The notes: generated by a model not told the origin, from the letters alone. A stretch of DNA of 64,000 bases from Octopus vulgaris (GCA_951406725.2 OX597817.1:41354001-41418000), one strand, 5' to 3'; shown: positions 13,662 through 28,200, numbered from the stretch's first letter. Numbers and translations are program-made.

Positions 13662-15177
13662 AGTATATACAACAGGCTTCCACAGTTTTCATCTACCAAA
13701 TTGATTGGCTCAGGATCATAGTAGAAGACATTTGCCCAAGGTACCAAGCAGTGGAACTGAACCAAAAACCATAAGGTTGTAAGGTAAGCTTCTTTACCAC
13801 CCAGGTATGCTAGCACTTCTAATTATAAGAATCATAATCACATTAAGAATAATTCCTTTCAGATATCTAAAAATATGAGTCTTTGTAAAAAGAAGAATGA
13901 TACAACAATATTATGAATGTTCTCAGATTCTCAAATTTATAATCTGTAATTAGGTCATAAAAATGTAAGGTTGAGGTAATCTCAGTAATTTTTTAAAACA
14001 AATCCAGCTGCATTAGTCTTTCATTTCAAGAATCTCACAAGGATTTATACTCTCATACCAGAGAGGGCACTGTCCCTGATGAGGTTGCGTATCGTGATAA
14101 AAGCACATTGACATACCTAACTGACTGACTGATTGACTAAAAAATCCGTTTCAATACAAGTTCACATAAAACCTCTTACAAACCAAATAAAAATAACTTA
14201 GCATTGAAAAAGCACTCCACCTCAAACAAAAATCCATGATGCAAATATTTGTAAAGTCATTCTTTTGTAAATCTTATACATTTCTCAATTTATTGAAGAA
14301 AACTTGGTTTTTGCCTTTTTTTGATATCTTGGCAATGTAATTTCTGCTGCTGTTGTTGTTGTTGCCTAGGAACTTGTTAAGATAAAGAAAATGTAAGATC
14401 AAAAACATTGCAACTGTAACCACATTGTCATTTATCCATGATTACTGTATCCTAAACACATTTTCCAATATTTTTTTTTTTGAAACGACAGGGTGTAATT
14501 TGAGGGAGATTTGTCTGCTACTTCTAGCAGGTCAAGTAACTACATAGAGACCTCCTCTGTTGGCTTGTTATTATTGAAGTCATTAGCAAAGCAAACCATT
14601 CTACAACTGAGCTGCATGTTTTTTATCTTGATAAATTTCAACTTTAGCTTTTAGATACAAATAATTATCTTAACAACATTATAAAAAATTTAATATTATT
14701 ATCAACTAATAAACATGACTAATTTACTCTCTAAGTTTTTAACAATATTTAAAAACAACTTAACAACCATATAAATTACATGGCTCTAAGTAAAATATTT
14801 TGAAAAAAATAAAAGAGAAATGCAAACTTTGTTTATTTAAGCTGTTTTAAATATAAAGTTATATTAATGTGTTTTTTAAGTAAGAGAACAAGTGGTTTAA
14901 GCTGAACAAGTTGAAATGAATCTTAAAAATCTAATATATTTTCATTTCCACTTATAAATTTTTTATAAATGTCTTCAGATTTCCTAGTTAGACTTTCCCC
15001 TCCTCCAAGATTATGTAAATTTTGAGTCACATGATTATTTTATTCAATTGAAAATTATTGTGTAACTAAAATAACAAAGCATATATACATTATTGGACAA
15101 AAGAAATGTAAAAAAAAACCAATAGAAAGTCTATAAAGCAAACATGCAATATAAATATCTGTTGATAAGTTAGTTTG

Positions 15178-15220
<43 letters not shown>

Positions 15221-15408
15221 CTTCATGTCTTTGAAGTGTCAGAAGAAAATTTATATTAGTGATAGAAACATTATTAATACTGATAGTAATATTTAACCCT
15301 CCTTAAACATGGATATTCCCTTAGAAGAAACTTTACTGCTGTAGATACCACGAGAGAAACTCTCATATAGGCTTTTGGTGCAAAATACACACTTTTTTAT
15401 ATTGTTAG

Positions 15409-15680
15409 GCGGAAGATAAATCCCTACCAGCTCCAGCGTCCAGACCACCAGATCACATGATTTCAACCTTCCTTGGTCTTGTCAGTGAAGGACACTCGAC
15501 TGCTAGAGATAGCAGTGATTCATCTCCACCAGCGATATATAGAATAACAGTGCCAGAACAGGCACTGGTGTCGCGATTAGCCAGTGAGCTTGTTAAAAAA
15601 ATATATATAAGCAACAGAGGCAGTATTACATGTGGATGTTCTGTTAGAACAAACTTTGGTCTAGACTGTGGAAACAAGAG
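15409..15680 (+). CDS. Possible isolated internal exon, product unknown
   Basis: TTTTTTATATTGTTAG acceptor; a frame open across all 272 nt (AEDKSLPAPASRPPDHMISTFLG...GLDCGNK); GAG|GTAATA donor; retained CpGs. No recognisable homology. Confidence 0.25.
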
Positions 15681-16279
15681 GTAATATTACTAAGACTTGC
15701 ACAAGAGTTTTGAACAACTGATTCTTTTTACTGATTGGTCAGACAGTCAGTGTTGATATAAGTCACTTCAATGCCCAAGGAAATATATGCACCAATTTCT
15801 TACATCCCTTCTAAACATATTCAATTTAGCTGTACTGAACCAATATGAAAATTAGTTATAACCAATTGTATGAGGTGAATAATTACCTTATCATATGAAT
15901 TTATTAATAATATATTCACATGAGCATGTTATTAAATTATGTACACAATTTCATTATTTACTTCTACATAATTTCATATTAATAAGATTTAGCTTCAAAT
16001 TACTTAATAGCTGATAATTTACTCTGCCTTCCAGTCTACACATCTCAATAGTTATCCTAAGGGGCTTAACAAAACGTTTTCCAACTGCGCTTGCTACTTC
16101 CTAGAGACAGCCTTGTGTTAAACACTACATTGTTCAACTCGTTCTAGGCTCTTCCAATTCTATAGCCATTGATGCAGCAAATGTTGTGTTACATAGCAGC
16201 ATGATCTCAGTTTCCTCAATAATGGAAATATTCACAATAACTAATAAAATCAAATTCACTTTTCATTTATATTACGCAC

Positions 16280-16800
16280 GTTTTGGACAAAGCAACTTTG
16301 TCGGCACTTGACAGTAGAAAACTCTTCCATAAAGCTTGTCACAAGAGCTAATGGTAAATATCTTGCTTGCCATCATTAGTAACTTTACCTAGATTTCTCA
16401 GATAAATTGATGCAACTATGTTTTACAAAACACATGGCTGCCTACATTAATGTTACTAGGTAAAAAGTTCTCTTATTGTTAAGAATCTATTTCATACTCA
16501 GCAGCTCACCATGTTCCACAAAATTCCTATTTCCTTCACCAAAAGGATACACAGAGTTTATACAGACAAACCTATCATAAAAATGGTCAGTTATAACTAA
16601 AAAGAACTGTCTATATCATTAGTGAATCTCTCTTCAATGATAAATCACATCACGTATTCAGATATTTATCACAGTATCTGATTTGCAGAACTTGATAGCT
16701 TTCTTGCCAATTCATTTATGACATCCAGTGAGACCAATCAAGCTTCTTCCTGCCAAATTAATGTTTTTTCCTCCTTCCAAAACATCACAGTAAACATAAT
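16280..16800 (-). pseudogene. Highly decayed hAT transposase C-terminal (dimerisation) region
   Basis: Minus-strand fragments LVT...CFVK...YLRN...LMMAS...FMEEFSTVKCRQ follow the order PVT..SFSKL...YLR...L.LM.IE...I.EFA..K.RK across frameshifts. Confidence 0.4.
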
Positions 16801-17447
16801 AGATATTTCCATTTTGTTTTCAGGAACAACATAACAACTTCACATGATTTTTGTTTTCAACAGAAACAATAAAACTATTCACAGAATCAATTAAGATGCA
16901 AGCTAAACAAACAGAAAAGCAAATGGGACAGAAGTGATATCATGTGATTAGAAGTCAATTCATATAAGGCGGTAGGTGTGTGGGAGGGGCAATGGCAACA
17001 CAAAAACATCAAGTGAGAAAACAATACTTTTTTAAGTGTAGGTTAAGACTTGAGGAAATAAAGTGTAAAAAATTTTTCAGATTCTGAACATTTGTTTTGT
17101 GGATAATTAAGAAAACTACGAAATTGAAAACCTTACAAAAAAAAAAAAATAAAAAATAAATAAATAAATAAAATAAAAATCAGGCATGTACAGGTTTAGG
17201 ACATTTTTCAGTTTTTCTAGAAATAACATAGTTTGGTTTTGTTATCTACCCTGAGGGTAGCTTTACTTGCAACCATTAAATGGCAAATCAGTGTTGTTTG
17301 AGTCAACAAGCATGATTTAGGTCAGCTACTATTATTGCACTGATATCGAAAGAAGGAATCAGAGGGGTTTCAGGAATGTCAGATTATAAGGAATTTGACT
17401 TATATTGAGGCTGGAAGTCAGCAAGCCGGGTTTATTAGGCACCCAAT

Positions 17448-17826
17448 CATCATCATCATCATCATTTTAACTTCCACTTTGCCAGGCTTGCATGTGTCGG
17501 ATGGAATTTGTTGAGGCAGATTTTCTACACCCAGATGCTCTTTCTGTTGTTAAAGCTCATCTGTTTGAAAGTAAGATATTTTCCCATGGCCAAACATGTT
17601 TTCATGGAAGATTGGAAAGGAATGACACTGCTTGTTTAACAGTGTCACTCGTTTAAAACTACTGTGTAATGTTAAGATACAGATAGAAAAAACATGCCCA
17701 CAATCGGCTCCTCTCAGTTTCCATCTACCAAATCCTTTCACATGGCTTTGGTCAGCTAAGTGCCATAGTAGAAGACACATGCTTAAGGTGCCACACATAG
17801 TTAGGAAGCAAACATCTTAACCACAA
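17448..17826 (-). mobile_element. Second copy of the A-head/(GAT)n-tail SINE
   Basis: Reverse-complement match to 35392-35806, with the modules in the same order. Confidence 0.7.
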
Positions 17827-17938
17827 CTGATGTATATTCTAGTTGCAGCTAAGTGTAGATATATGGAAAGAGATAATATACTGAAAAAAAAAACAAAAAA
17901 AAAAACAGAAGTAGGAGTGACTATGTGGTAAGTAGCTA

Positions 17939-18331
17939 GGCGTAGGAGTGACTGTGTGGTAAGTAGCTTGCTTGTGAACCACATGGTTCTGGGTTCTGTC
18001 CCACTGCGTGGTACCTTGGGTGAGTGTCTTCTACTATAGCCTCAGGCCGACCAAAGCCTTTTGAGTGGATTTGGTAGACGGAAACTGAAAGAAGTCTGTT
18101 GTATATATGTATGTATGTGTGTGTATATGTTTGTGTGTCTGTGTTTGCCCCCCCCCCCCCAACATCGCTTGACAACCGACAGTGGTGTGTTTACATCCCC
18201 GTAACTTAGCGGTTCGGCAAAAGAGACTGATAGAATTACAAAGAATAAGTCCTGGGGTTGATTTGCTCGGCTAAAGGCGGTGCTCCAACATGGCCACAGT
18301 CAAATGACAAACAAGTAAAAGTGTAAAAGTG
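17939..18331 (+). mobile_element. SINE family A, full length, preceded by a duplicated head stub at about 17910-17938
   Basis: All modules present, from GGCGTAGGAGTG to GTAAAAGTGTAAAAGTG. Confidence 0.9.
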
Positions 18332-20806
18332 TATAGTCTATGAAAGTGTAGGCTTATTGGACAATGCATAAGTTACTTTTGAAGTTATGGGCCAAGTCAT
18401 GTTTGTTAGTTTTATGTTTATCAATGCAAAAGAAGGGCAGTACTCATGACGATTTTCAGGGACTTAGTGAGTGAGTGAAGGAGGGAGGGAGGAAGTTATC
18501 CTAAGATCAGAGGCTCAGCCCAAATACCAGAATGGTTTTCACTAATGGCACCCAAGGAGCAAATACTTTCTGTATACAATGAAACAGACTACCAATAACC
18601 ACTGTAAAGTAGCAGACTTAGAAGAACCAGAATTAATAAAATATTCAGTGAAGCAGAGTTTGTAATTCATTGGGTGTGTCATTAAACTAATTAGTTACAT
18701 CCTTGTGATTCAAACATTATGGCTAGACACTCTTAAACATGTTTAAGTATACATAAATTGGTACTCGTCACAGTGTTAATAGAAGAACTACACAAGGTTT
18801 GTAGAAGTTAAGTTCTGAAGAATATACAAGAAGTCAATAAGTTTAATTTCAATGAGGAATGAAGAATCAGATGTTTAGCCTTTTGTCTGAGAGTGAGGAA
18901 GGGAAAGTAGTGATGCCATTTTGGTCGGAAACAAGTACAAAGGCATGAGATTCTTCAGAACTCAAATTTTGGATTCTATTCTATCTGAAGACTGGTTTAT
19001 TCAATTCAATCTGGTTCTATTAATTAATTCAGATATTTCACTAAGCTACATGTAACAATGTGTTTGTATAAGATTGGCTGTTGAAATAAAGGAATCGGTT
19101 GTCCAGATTAAAATGCAGGGAAAAATAAATTAGAAGATTTTCATTTCACTGATAAAGATAGAATAGGCTTTACGTTTGAAGTATCAGTTTATACTCTAAC
19201 CAATATTTTTTGCCTGTTAGCAGACTGAGAACACTTATCAAATGAAGACTATGTTGACAGGTAAAATACATTTTGGAGAAATATTGATGAATCTGCATGA
19301 CGTCCAAATCACATCTTGAGAAAACACAAGAGATGATAGATGTGAAAGTGACAAGATAACAATCATAAATTTATAATGTGTTTTAGAATTAAACTTTTTG
19401 TTTATTTTGAAAAATTACATATATATTTTACATAAATGATACTTTCAATTCAGAAAATACCAATTCTTTGGCTACCAACTAGAAGTAATATTTAAATGAA
19501 AAAGGAAAAAAAACAAAAACAAAAAAAAACACGTCAATATATATATGATATGACAAAGATGTCGAAAATCTTCGGCTGATTTAAATTCCAAAACTATTTT
19601 TGACATACATACTGAATAATATACTTTAAATGGGTGGTAATGGTCGAGAACTAAATATCATAGATACATAAATTATGATAGAAAAGAATTTGGATGAAAA
19701 ATGTATATTTTGCAAGAGGTCAAATTAATCTGTTAAAATGAACATGTCTTCAAGTTAACAGCACTTGCACATTCTGTGTCACTGATTATGTAATGCGCAA
19801 CCTATGAAAGTAGCTATAATTGCAACAGAGAAATAGCAAAAACAAGATGATTCAGCTTTACTTAATCATTTAAAAGGTATGGCAAATTTGCAATCACTTC
19901 AGCTTTGACTCATACCGTTTAAAGGTTATTTAAGATACCTATATTTGAAAACAAATTCACACGTTAATGTTAGTCATACTATTAACTAACGACTGGGTAC
20001 CTATATTTGAAAACAGCTTCAGACATTAGCATTAACCTAACTATTACAACTGCAATGGTTCTGAGAACAGTAAGAATTCAGTCCGCCAAGGACAGTCAGA
20101 CATTACTGGCAAGCGTTACCAGATCACTGACTGTAGTCTGTGATAAAAGAAGAAGTCAAGAATTTTTTTTTTGATCAGTAGAGCTTTGTTGATTACAATC
20201 AGCTAAATGAGGCCACAATGAGCAGAGACAGATTATAAAAGGTCTCTGGGATACCAAATAAGATTATATATATATATGTATATATCAATAAAAATGAAAA
20301 CATGGAAAGAAAAGAAAGAAATACAAACTGGTAACAATGAGAATCTTCTTGGAAATCTGAGTGTTTTATTTATTTTTTTCTTTATTGAAATAATTTGATT
20401 GTTCCTAACAACAATCATTGTATTGAATCAGTTCAATCAGTTAGATCTGCTACAAACCTTTAAATGAAGCCACAAAGTAGAAAGAAAAGAAAGAAAAGAA
20501 AAAGACAAACAAAACCAAAAAGATTCTTCTAATAATAGGAAGCCTTGAACATGAATAATCACAGAGAATATGAGGAACAAGGGTAAAAAAAAAATAGAGG
20601 AAAAAAAAATTGGATTAACAAAAGGATATATAACTGTAACTAAATCACAGTTCTATATCCTTTAGGGGTTCTTGGATGTTTGGAATGTCATGAATATTAC
20701 TGTTGCTATGGTGTGTCTGTGCGTTTGTGTGTACATGTACATGTGTATGTGCATCTTTGTCTGTGTGGAGATTTGTTTGTATGTCTGCATGTGAGAGCAT
20801 TCACTT

Positions 20807-20809
<3 letters not shown>

Positions 20810-20863
<54 letters not shown>

Positions 20864-21195
20864 CACACATGTGAGTGAGCAGACATATATATATGTACAA
20901 ATGTATATATATATATACTTACATATGTGCAGACATATATCTATATACAAATGTGTGTATATATATATATACATACACACATTTGTGCAGACATATATAT
21001 ATATGTACAAATGTGTGTGTATATATATACACACATACATACATGTGTGCAGATATATATATATATACATACATGTGTGCAGACATATATATATGTACAA
21101 ATGTGTGTATATATATAAATAAACAAAACATACAAATATACACAAACATAAATACAATCATATGTATGTATATATAAACATGCATATGCACACAT
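20810..21195. repeat. Microsatellite-derived minisatellite
   Basis: Unit GCAGACATATAT..GTACAAATGTGTGTATATA.. repeated about 5 times with variable (TA) lengths. Confidence 0.85.
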
Positions 21196-23714
21196 ATATT
21201 CAAACAAATAAAATCTCACACATACACCAGATACTGCAAAGTGTTTGGCAAATGAACAAAGAATATGTACACTTCTGAGTTCCACTTATTCAAAAGCTCT
21301 GGTGTTAGTGTAGCATAAAAAAAACTCAAAAAAAAAAAAAAAAGAAAAAATTAAAAAAAGGCAAAATCTCAGTACTCTAGTAAATGGCTGGCAATAGAAA
21401 GGGCATTGAACCATAGAAATGATGTCAAATGACTGGTGCAAGCATGACTCTTTTGCAGTGGTAGAGAAATGATGATTATGATGACATATACACACACTAT
21501 ATATATATATATATATCTTTCTCTCAATCTATATATATATATAAAAGTACTTTTGTCTTTTATTTGTTGTAGACATTGGAATGCAGTCATCCTGGGGCAC
21601 TGCCTTGAAGAGTTTCACTGAACATATCAACCTCGGCACTTATTCTTAAAGTCCAGCGCTTCTGCACCACTAAGTTATGAAGGTGTAAACAAACCAACAC
21701 CAGTTCTCAGGCCAAGACAAAAACACACAATTTGGTATGATGAGCCCTTTCAGGTCACAATCCCTGTATTGTCAGTTGCCACTTTCTCTGATGATAAGGA
21801 TGATGGACATTGTTCATTTTACTCTTGTTCACCATTCACTCCTATGTACAACTGATCACCTCTACCCCATGTTTGCAGCCATTTCTAACTCTCCCCTCAC
21901 ACTCTTGCAACCTTACTCATCCCAGCTAATTCTCTAGTTCCATGCTTTCTTCCATTCATGTTCTTGGACATGTTACCTTGAGGGTAAGCTCAAGCACCTC
22001 ATAACCACCATATTTAGCTCTCTTCATGGCACCACTCCAACCTGTCCTCATAAAATGTAAAATAGCCCTGAATCTCCTCCTCAACAAACTTCCCTATTCA
22101 TCTTTAGTTTTGCCAGTTTTAGGTCAACTTCACTTGTGCCAGTGTCAGAGAAAATAGCCCTCTGTTCACTCTGTGAAATGGTTGGCAATAGAAATGGCAT
22201 AAAAAAGTAGAAACTATGCCACAACCGAGATTCTGGAGCAAGATGTAGCCCTCTGACCAGCCTAACTGTCCAAGCCATGCCAGCATAAAAATGATGATTA
22301 TAATACATATAACACACACAAATTTGATTTTCTTTTGCAGCGAAGTGTGAGTTTTTGTCTGCGAGTTATCTGTGTTACTGTGTGTGTATGTGCACACAAA
22401 TGCATATATACACACATATACATATATACATACACATATATATACACACACACACATGCACCATACACAAATAAAAATGTTCATAAGAACACCTGGTATA
22501 TTTACAACAACAACAACAGCTACTATGACAATAAAAGGCTATTATTACAAATATTGATTGATACACCAAACAATACTGACATTCTATGCGAGAAAACTTA
22601 CCAGAATCTGTGTTTTTTAGGTGTCTCAGTGTGCTATATAAAACTTATCACACAAATCACTTATTATTGTACTTTTATTACAATGCAGTGAGAATGAATT
22701 TTGAGTAACCGTTAACTTAATTTACTTTAAGGTATGGATGACTTAAGTTTACTTTTAACCTCCTCATTCTTATAAACACCAAGTAGATAACTAACTCGCT
22801 TTGTGATCATGAGTGCATCAAACCTCACGTGTGCATATGCTCATATTTTTTCGGATGCTTGTACGAGCGAGTGTACTTGCACCATGCAGCTTGCCCAAGG
22901 GTGTTTATACATCCATATCTGTTACCGGTTATTTTTAATACTTTTCTCGCTGGATTGCGTGTTCGTTTCTCTTTTTTCCCCTATGCACCCAGTACATTCA
23001 GTAAAGTGATTTGCAATTAGGAAGGGCGTCCAGCCATAGAGACAATGCCAAAACAAACAACTGAAGCCTGATGCAGCCCTTCAGCTTGCCAGCACCTGTC
23101 AAGTCATCCAACCTATGTCAGGGTTAGATGGTGATGATGATGATGGTGATGATGGTGGTGGTGATGAGGATAAGGATGACGATGATCATGATGGTACTTA
23201 TTCTATAAGCTGCAGCTGTTACAACTTGCACAATCGTATCAAAGAAAATGAATTATATCAGGTGGAACAGTCAACCAATTCATCTCAATCTATTGGCATT
23301 TCTTTGAGGCTTAGGATTATGAAATTTAACTTCACCACTTCCTCCCATCTACCTGCTTCATATACAAGCGAATAAGGCAGCTTCTACATAGCTGCTTGAT
23401 AAAAATAGCAGTCAAATATGCCCAGAGCACACCCTGCCATCCTCAAAAAGGGTACACACATTAAAAAGATACATATTTATATATAAAGGCTGGAAGGTCA
23501 TGGATAGAACACCTTTGATGATAGGTTTCCTAAATCAGAGTTGAGCTGCAGCTAAAATGTTTCCTCTTTGCTCCAAGAAATATCCTGGTAGCACATTTTT
23601 GTTACGCTCTTCCTTTATTTCTGCCTTGTATCCATGTTTGTACAACTGTCTCACTAGACACATTGGCAGCAAGCACCTTTTGGGTGTGGCTACCTTTCAT
23701 ACAATTTAAATCAC

Positions 23715-24330
23715 CACCATCATCATTATCATCATCATCATCTAATATCCGTTTTTCCATGCTGGCATGGGTTGAACATTTTGAATATTAACATGTTCAA
23801 CAGACTACAAAAGGCCTGATTATTCTTTAACTTCTGAAGATCTTTTGTATTCAGTGCCCATACTTCACTATCCAGTAGCATCATACTTTTATCATATACT
23901 TTATGCAATGAAAGATTTTCTCTAAATGAGAGAGAGAGAGAAAAAGAGAGAGAGAGAGAGAGTATTCTCTTCTGCTCTTGGCACAAGGCCTAAATTTTTG
24001 GGGAGGGGGCCAGTCGATTAGATCCATCCCCAGTAAGCAACTGGCATTTAATTTATCGACCCCAAAAGGATGAAAGGCAAAGTCGAACCTGGTGGAATTT
24101 GAACTCAGAATGTAAAGACAGACAAAATACTGCTAAGCATTTTGCCCAGCGTGCTAACATTTCTGCCAGCTCATGGCCTTAGAGAAAAAGAAACTATTGG
24201 CTAAGTTTAGTGAGCCACCTTAGCAGTCCATGAACTTCATTTCATGGCTGACCCCTACAATGTACAACTCCTATACAATTAATGTATCTACTAGTTTTGG
24301 TTCTCTGCTAGTTTGTCAGAGAGCCTACTG
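23715..24330 (-). pseudogene. Decayed RTE LINE C-terminal fragment, split by (GA)n and a SINE
   Basis: KVYDKSMMLLDSEVWALNTKDLQKLKNNQA resembles RTE ...MLHGSETWAL...RLERNEA and is joined to a CATGGAAAAACGGATATTA(GAT)n tail. The 24180-24330 extension is weaker. Confidence 0.6.
23962..24180 (-). mobile_element. SINE family B
   Basis: GGCACAAGGCC...ATCGACCCCAAAAGGATGAAAGGCAAAGTCG...TTCTGCCAGCTC. Confidence 0.85.
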
Positions 24331-24404
24331 CATTAGTTGTGTGCCCACAGATTATATTAAGGACACAGTATCAAATTCCTACTTACACCACCCCTGTACA
24401 CTGG

Positions 24405-24617
24405 TTTCAAATTTTTGCACAAGGCCAGCAAGTTCAGAGGTGGGGGTAAGTTGATTACATCGACTACAGTGCTCAACTGGTGCTTATTTTAGTGACCCTG
24501 AAAGGATGAAATGCAAAGTCAACCTCAATGGAATTTGAACTCAGAACTTAAAGACGGATGAAATGCCGCTAAATATTGTGTCCAGTGTACAAATAATTCT
24601 GCCAGTTCACTGCCTTA
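24405..24617 (-). mobile_element. SINE family B
   Basis: Same modules as 23962-24180. Confidence 0.8.
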
Positions 24618-24635
24618 CCCCAGCCCTGTGTTTTA

Positions 24636-24940
24636 TTCTTTTATTTTAGTTGATTCAGTTATTTGACTGCAGCCATGCTGGAGCATCACCTTGAACAAAT
24701 CTACCCCAGGACTTATTTTTTTAAAGCCTGGTACTTATTCTGTTGGTCTCTTTTGCTGAACTGTTAAGCTACAGGGATGTAAACGCACCAACACTAATTG
24801 TTGAGTGGTGATGGGAGGAACAAGCACATTCACAAAGACACACACACGCACACACATGGCAGGCTTCTTCCAGTTTCTTCCTACTAAATCCACTAGCCCA
24901 AGGTGTCACACAGTGGGACTGAACCCAGAACCATGTGGTT
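24636..24940 (-). mobile_element. SINE family A, internally deleted
   Basis: Matches 1620-2017 in the same orientation. Confidence 0.8.
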
Positions 24941-25013
24941 GTAGAGCAATGTCACTCCTCAGTTGATAATGGGATTCCATGTTCTCTTTTGTGGTATTTT
25001 GAACATAACTTAA

Positions 25014-25206
25014 CCCTTTTGACACCAACCTTCTTGAGACTGTTCCTTATAATACAAGATTCTTGTTTTAAAATATCTATGTTAAAACATTCCACCCAAA
25101 ATTCCCCATTAATAAACTTATTTTACTAAATACTTCATTAATTCCAAAACAAATTGAAACAAAACCAGTGTTTTTGTAATTTTAACAAAACAAGGCAACA
25201 AAAGAG
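25014..25206. mobile_element. piggyBac-like MITE
   Basis: TTAA (25010-13) + CCCTTTTGACACC ... GGCAACAAAAGAG + TTAA (25207-10); the TIRs match at 9/13. Confidence 0.65.
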
Positions 25207-28200
25207 TTAAATAAACATAACTAGGGTTAAAATAACTGTTCTCTTTCAAAGCCAATATCAAAGAGCAATGTAAGAATTTTAAGAGAGATTTAAAACTAAC
25301 ACAGCATGAATAGATGTTCCACTTTAATAGATTCCTTGTGTATAAAATGAGAACAATGAAAATAACCTTCAGGGCAACTTGATTTAAGTGTTGCTGTAGT
25401 GAATTTTACAGTGATAATAATGCAGTCACAAAACAAGAGATTAAGAAATGTCAGGTTACAAGGTCATTAAAAAAAAATACAATAATATAATTAAAATTAA
25501 TGAACTTATGATAAGGATACATATGAAAATCAATAATTTATAATGAAAATTTAGGGGGAAAAAAAAATATATTGGCAAATATTTTCCGAACTAGAAATAA
25601 TATCTACTTTTTCTAATACAAAAATTTTATTGATTTTGAGAGTAAAACAGAATCCTAATGAATTAAATTTGACTAATATTTGCTATGATATGCATTACTT
25701 TGGTTGAAGGTTCATGAAGTACAGATAAAACGAAGAAAAATTGGCAGGAAGTACATAAGAGGAACTTAAGAATATTGAGCCTCACTCATCGTTAAAATTA
25801 TGCAGAATTAAGTTACATGGAAATACTCCTCTGCATTGCATGTGAAAATGATGATGATATTACCGATGCCGATGATGAGTAATTTTATATTAGGTTAATC
25901 TCTAATTAACATGCTATTATACCTTGACACCACATAATCTGATATTTCATGTTGATACGGGGGAAGATATGGTTCATCCGTGAGGCAGTTGCGTTTGTTT
26001 ATCAGAAGTTCCCTTTAGAGCAAATTGCTTTGTTCTCTATTAGAGTACTTAGCTCCAAGCAGAGTTATGTGTGTAAATGAGTGTAGCTTATCAAAACTAG
26101 CTTATCAAAACCACAATACAGTTATTACATATTTAAAGAGATAACAGTAATATAATTAATTAAAGTTAATATATAAAAGGGATGCAGCAGATAGAGTGCA
26201 GAGGTATTAGAAAAGAAACAACAAAAACCCAACAAAACCTCACTCAATATTCAGACTGTATTTATGGAAGTGAACAATTCTATGTTCCAATATTGTGAAT
26301 AATGAATTTAGAATTGTTAAACAGAGTAATCTACTTAATGATATCACAGATATGACAATATAGATCAGCAGGCTGTATTCAATTATAGCAGTGTTTAGAT
26401 TTCAAGAACAGAGGATCTAGTTATAATTCACTTTGTTTTCGATAATGTAGTTTATGACAAAGGATGTATCATAGCATCTAAGGTCTGGTGGGGGTCACTG
26501 AAATTGGAAGGCAACACGTTTGAGAATGGTGCTGTCCTTTCAAATCAAGTCTTTGACTAATGTTGGTGGAGGACCTAGGATAGCCATAACCTAGTTGAAT
26601 TATGTTGAATTACACAAACTAATGGCTCTTGTTTCCTACAACAGTTACAGCAGCCATGGCTGTTTCTATTAAAAGTATTTCTGTGTTAAACACAGTTAGT
26701 TCACCGCTGAGCATTCCTATATCAGTTTAATGAACACAAAAATAATGTGAAATCTCATTTATTTCATAAAGACAGAGAAACAAACACAGGGAATCAGGCT
26801 GGAAACAAAACTAAAAACCAGAAAAAACAAACAAAATAAAACAAAGCAAAAAAACCAAAAAACCAAAAAAAAAACAAAAACAAGTCACATAGGTGGAGGG
26901 GCTATCAGAGCAGCTAATGTAATAATAGAACGAGTGTGACACAAACAAATCTCCAAACGTAATAGACTGGTGCATTAAAAGAAGAGACAAAAGACAAAGA
27001 GATGAAATGTAATAAAGAGAAAAATGGAAAAATGCGAAACAAACACAAAGAATGATGAAAAGATAAAGCTGTTGAAAATGGAAAGTAAAGAAAAAGCTAG
27101 AAAGAAGAATCTGTGATGCAAAGCCAGAGTGAATTGCACATTTCAAGGTATACTTTTAGAAACAATGCCACTGCTACATGAAAATAACATTAAACAATTA
27201 CAACAGCTTTCCATGAAAATTTTCAAGGAAGCCTACATCAATATAGCTGAGCTAGATACTTCTAATAATTATGTGTGAGATAGATAGAGATAGAAAGATG
27301 GTTAGATAGAGAGACAAAGAAGAGAGAGAGAGATGGATATGTATTATAAGAGAGGAGAAAGATGGTGAAAGAGAGATTTAAAAGAACCATAACAAAATGA
27401 GAGAAGACATTAGAAAAGAATAGTAAGAGAGTGAAAAAATGATAAATGAAAAGACTAAAAACAAATAAGAAAAAGAAAAAAGTTGTGGTGATAGAAAAGT
27501 GTGAGAGATGGAGGGAGGGAGAGCGCGTAATATGAAAGAAATGAAAAAGAAGGAGTGGGGAGTGGAAAACAGAGATGATTAATTGATTTATGTGATCAAT
27601 ATTAATCTGATAAGGAAATATGTCACCAACAGAACCATTATACAATTGATTAAGGTACCATATTCACTCTGACTGAAGCTGTGAGCTCTTTAAAACGAAA
27701 ACCCTCAAGAATTTTTAAAACAAACCTGAATAAATAAATAGATAAAATTGAAAAAAACGGTGACACTAACGATGATGAAGATGATGATGATGGCGATGAT
27801 GATGATGAAGGCGATGATGATGATGATGATGATGATAGCAGATAATATAACAGTTTCCAGTGAATTGAATTGATGGGAGGTATTAAATGTCATTATTTTA
27901 CTCATCTATAGCCAGACTAAAAGAATGCCAGAAATTTACCAATGTAATATCAATAGATATTTTGTTTAATAATCAACAATTACTCATACCACCACCACCA
28001 TCATAAGAGTAACAACAACTGTTAATCACAACCAGCATCACCAGTATTGTCATCATCAGAGTCTTTGTCATCATTTGCAGAAACAATATTGAAGAAACCT
28101 TTATTCCAGTGCGACAGCACCGTTAATCTACTCTCCTAATATTCAGCGTCATGACACACTTGAAAAATCCAGCTTAATGTAATTAAGCATTCCATTATAT

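Larger units (their letters stand above)
12718..13815 (-). mobile_element. Split SINE family A hosting nested inserts
   Basis: 3' half at about 12718-12925 and 5' half at about 13670-13815; between them a family-C element (12950-13222), (TA)n and a foldback palindrome. Confidence 0.75.

Noticed and set aside
14930-14985. Minus-strand CTGAAGA, 10-bp stem, GAAA hammerhead candidate
   Set aside because: No stem I pairing, and the stem is almost all A/T; likely chance.
20810-21195. CRISPR-like repeat-spacer pattern
   Set aside because: The spacers are TA/CA microsatellite variants in eukaryotic DNA, with no cas genes.
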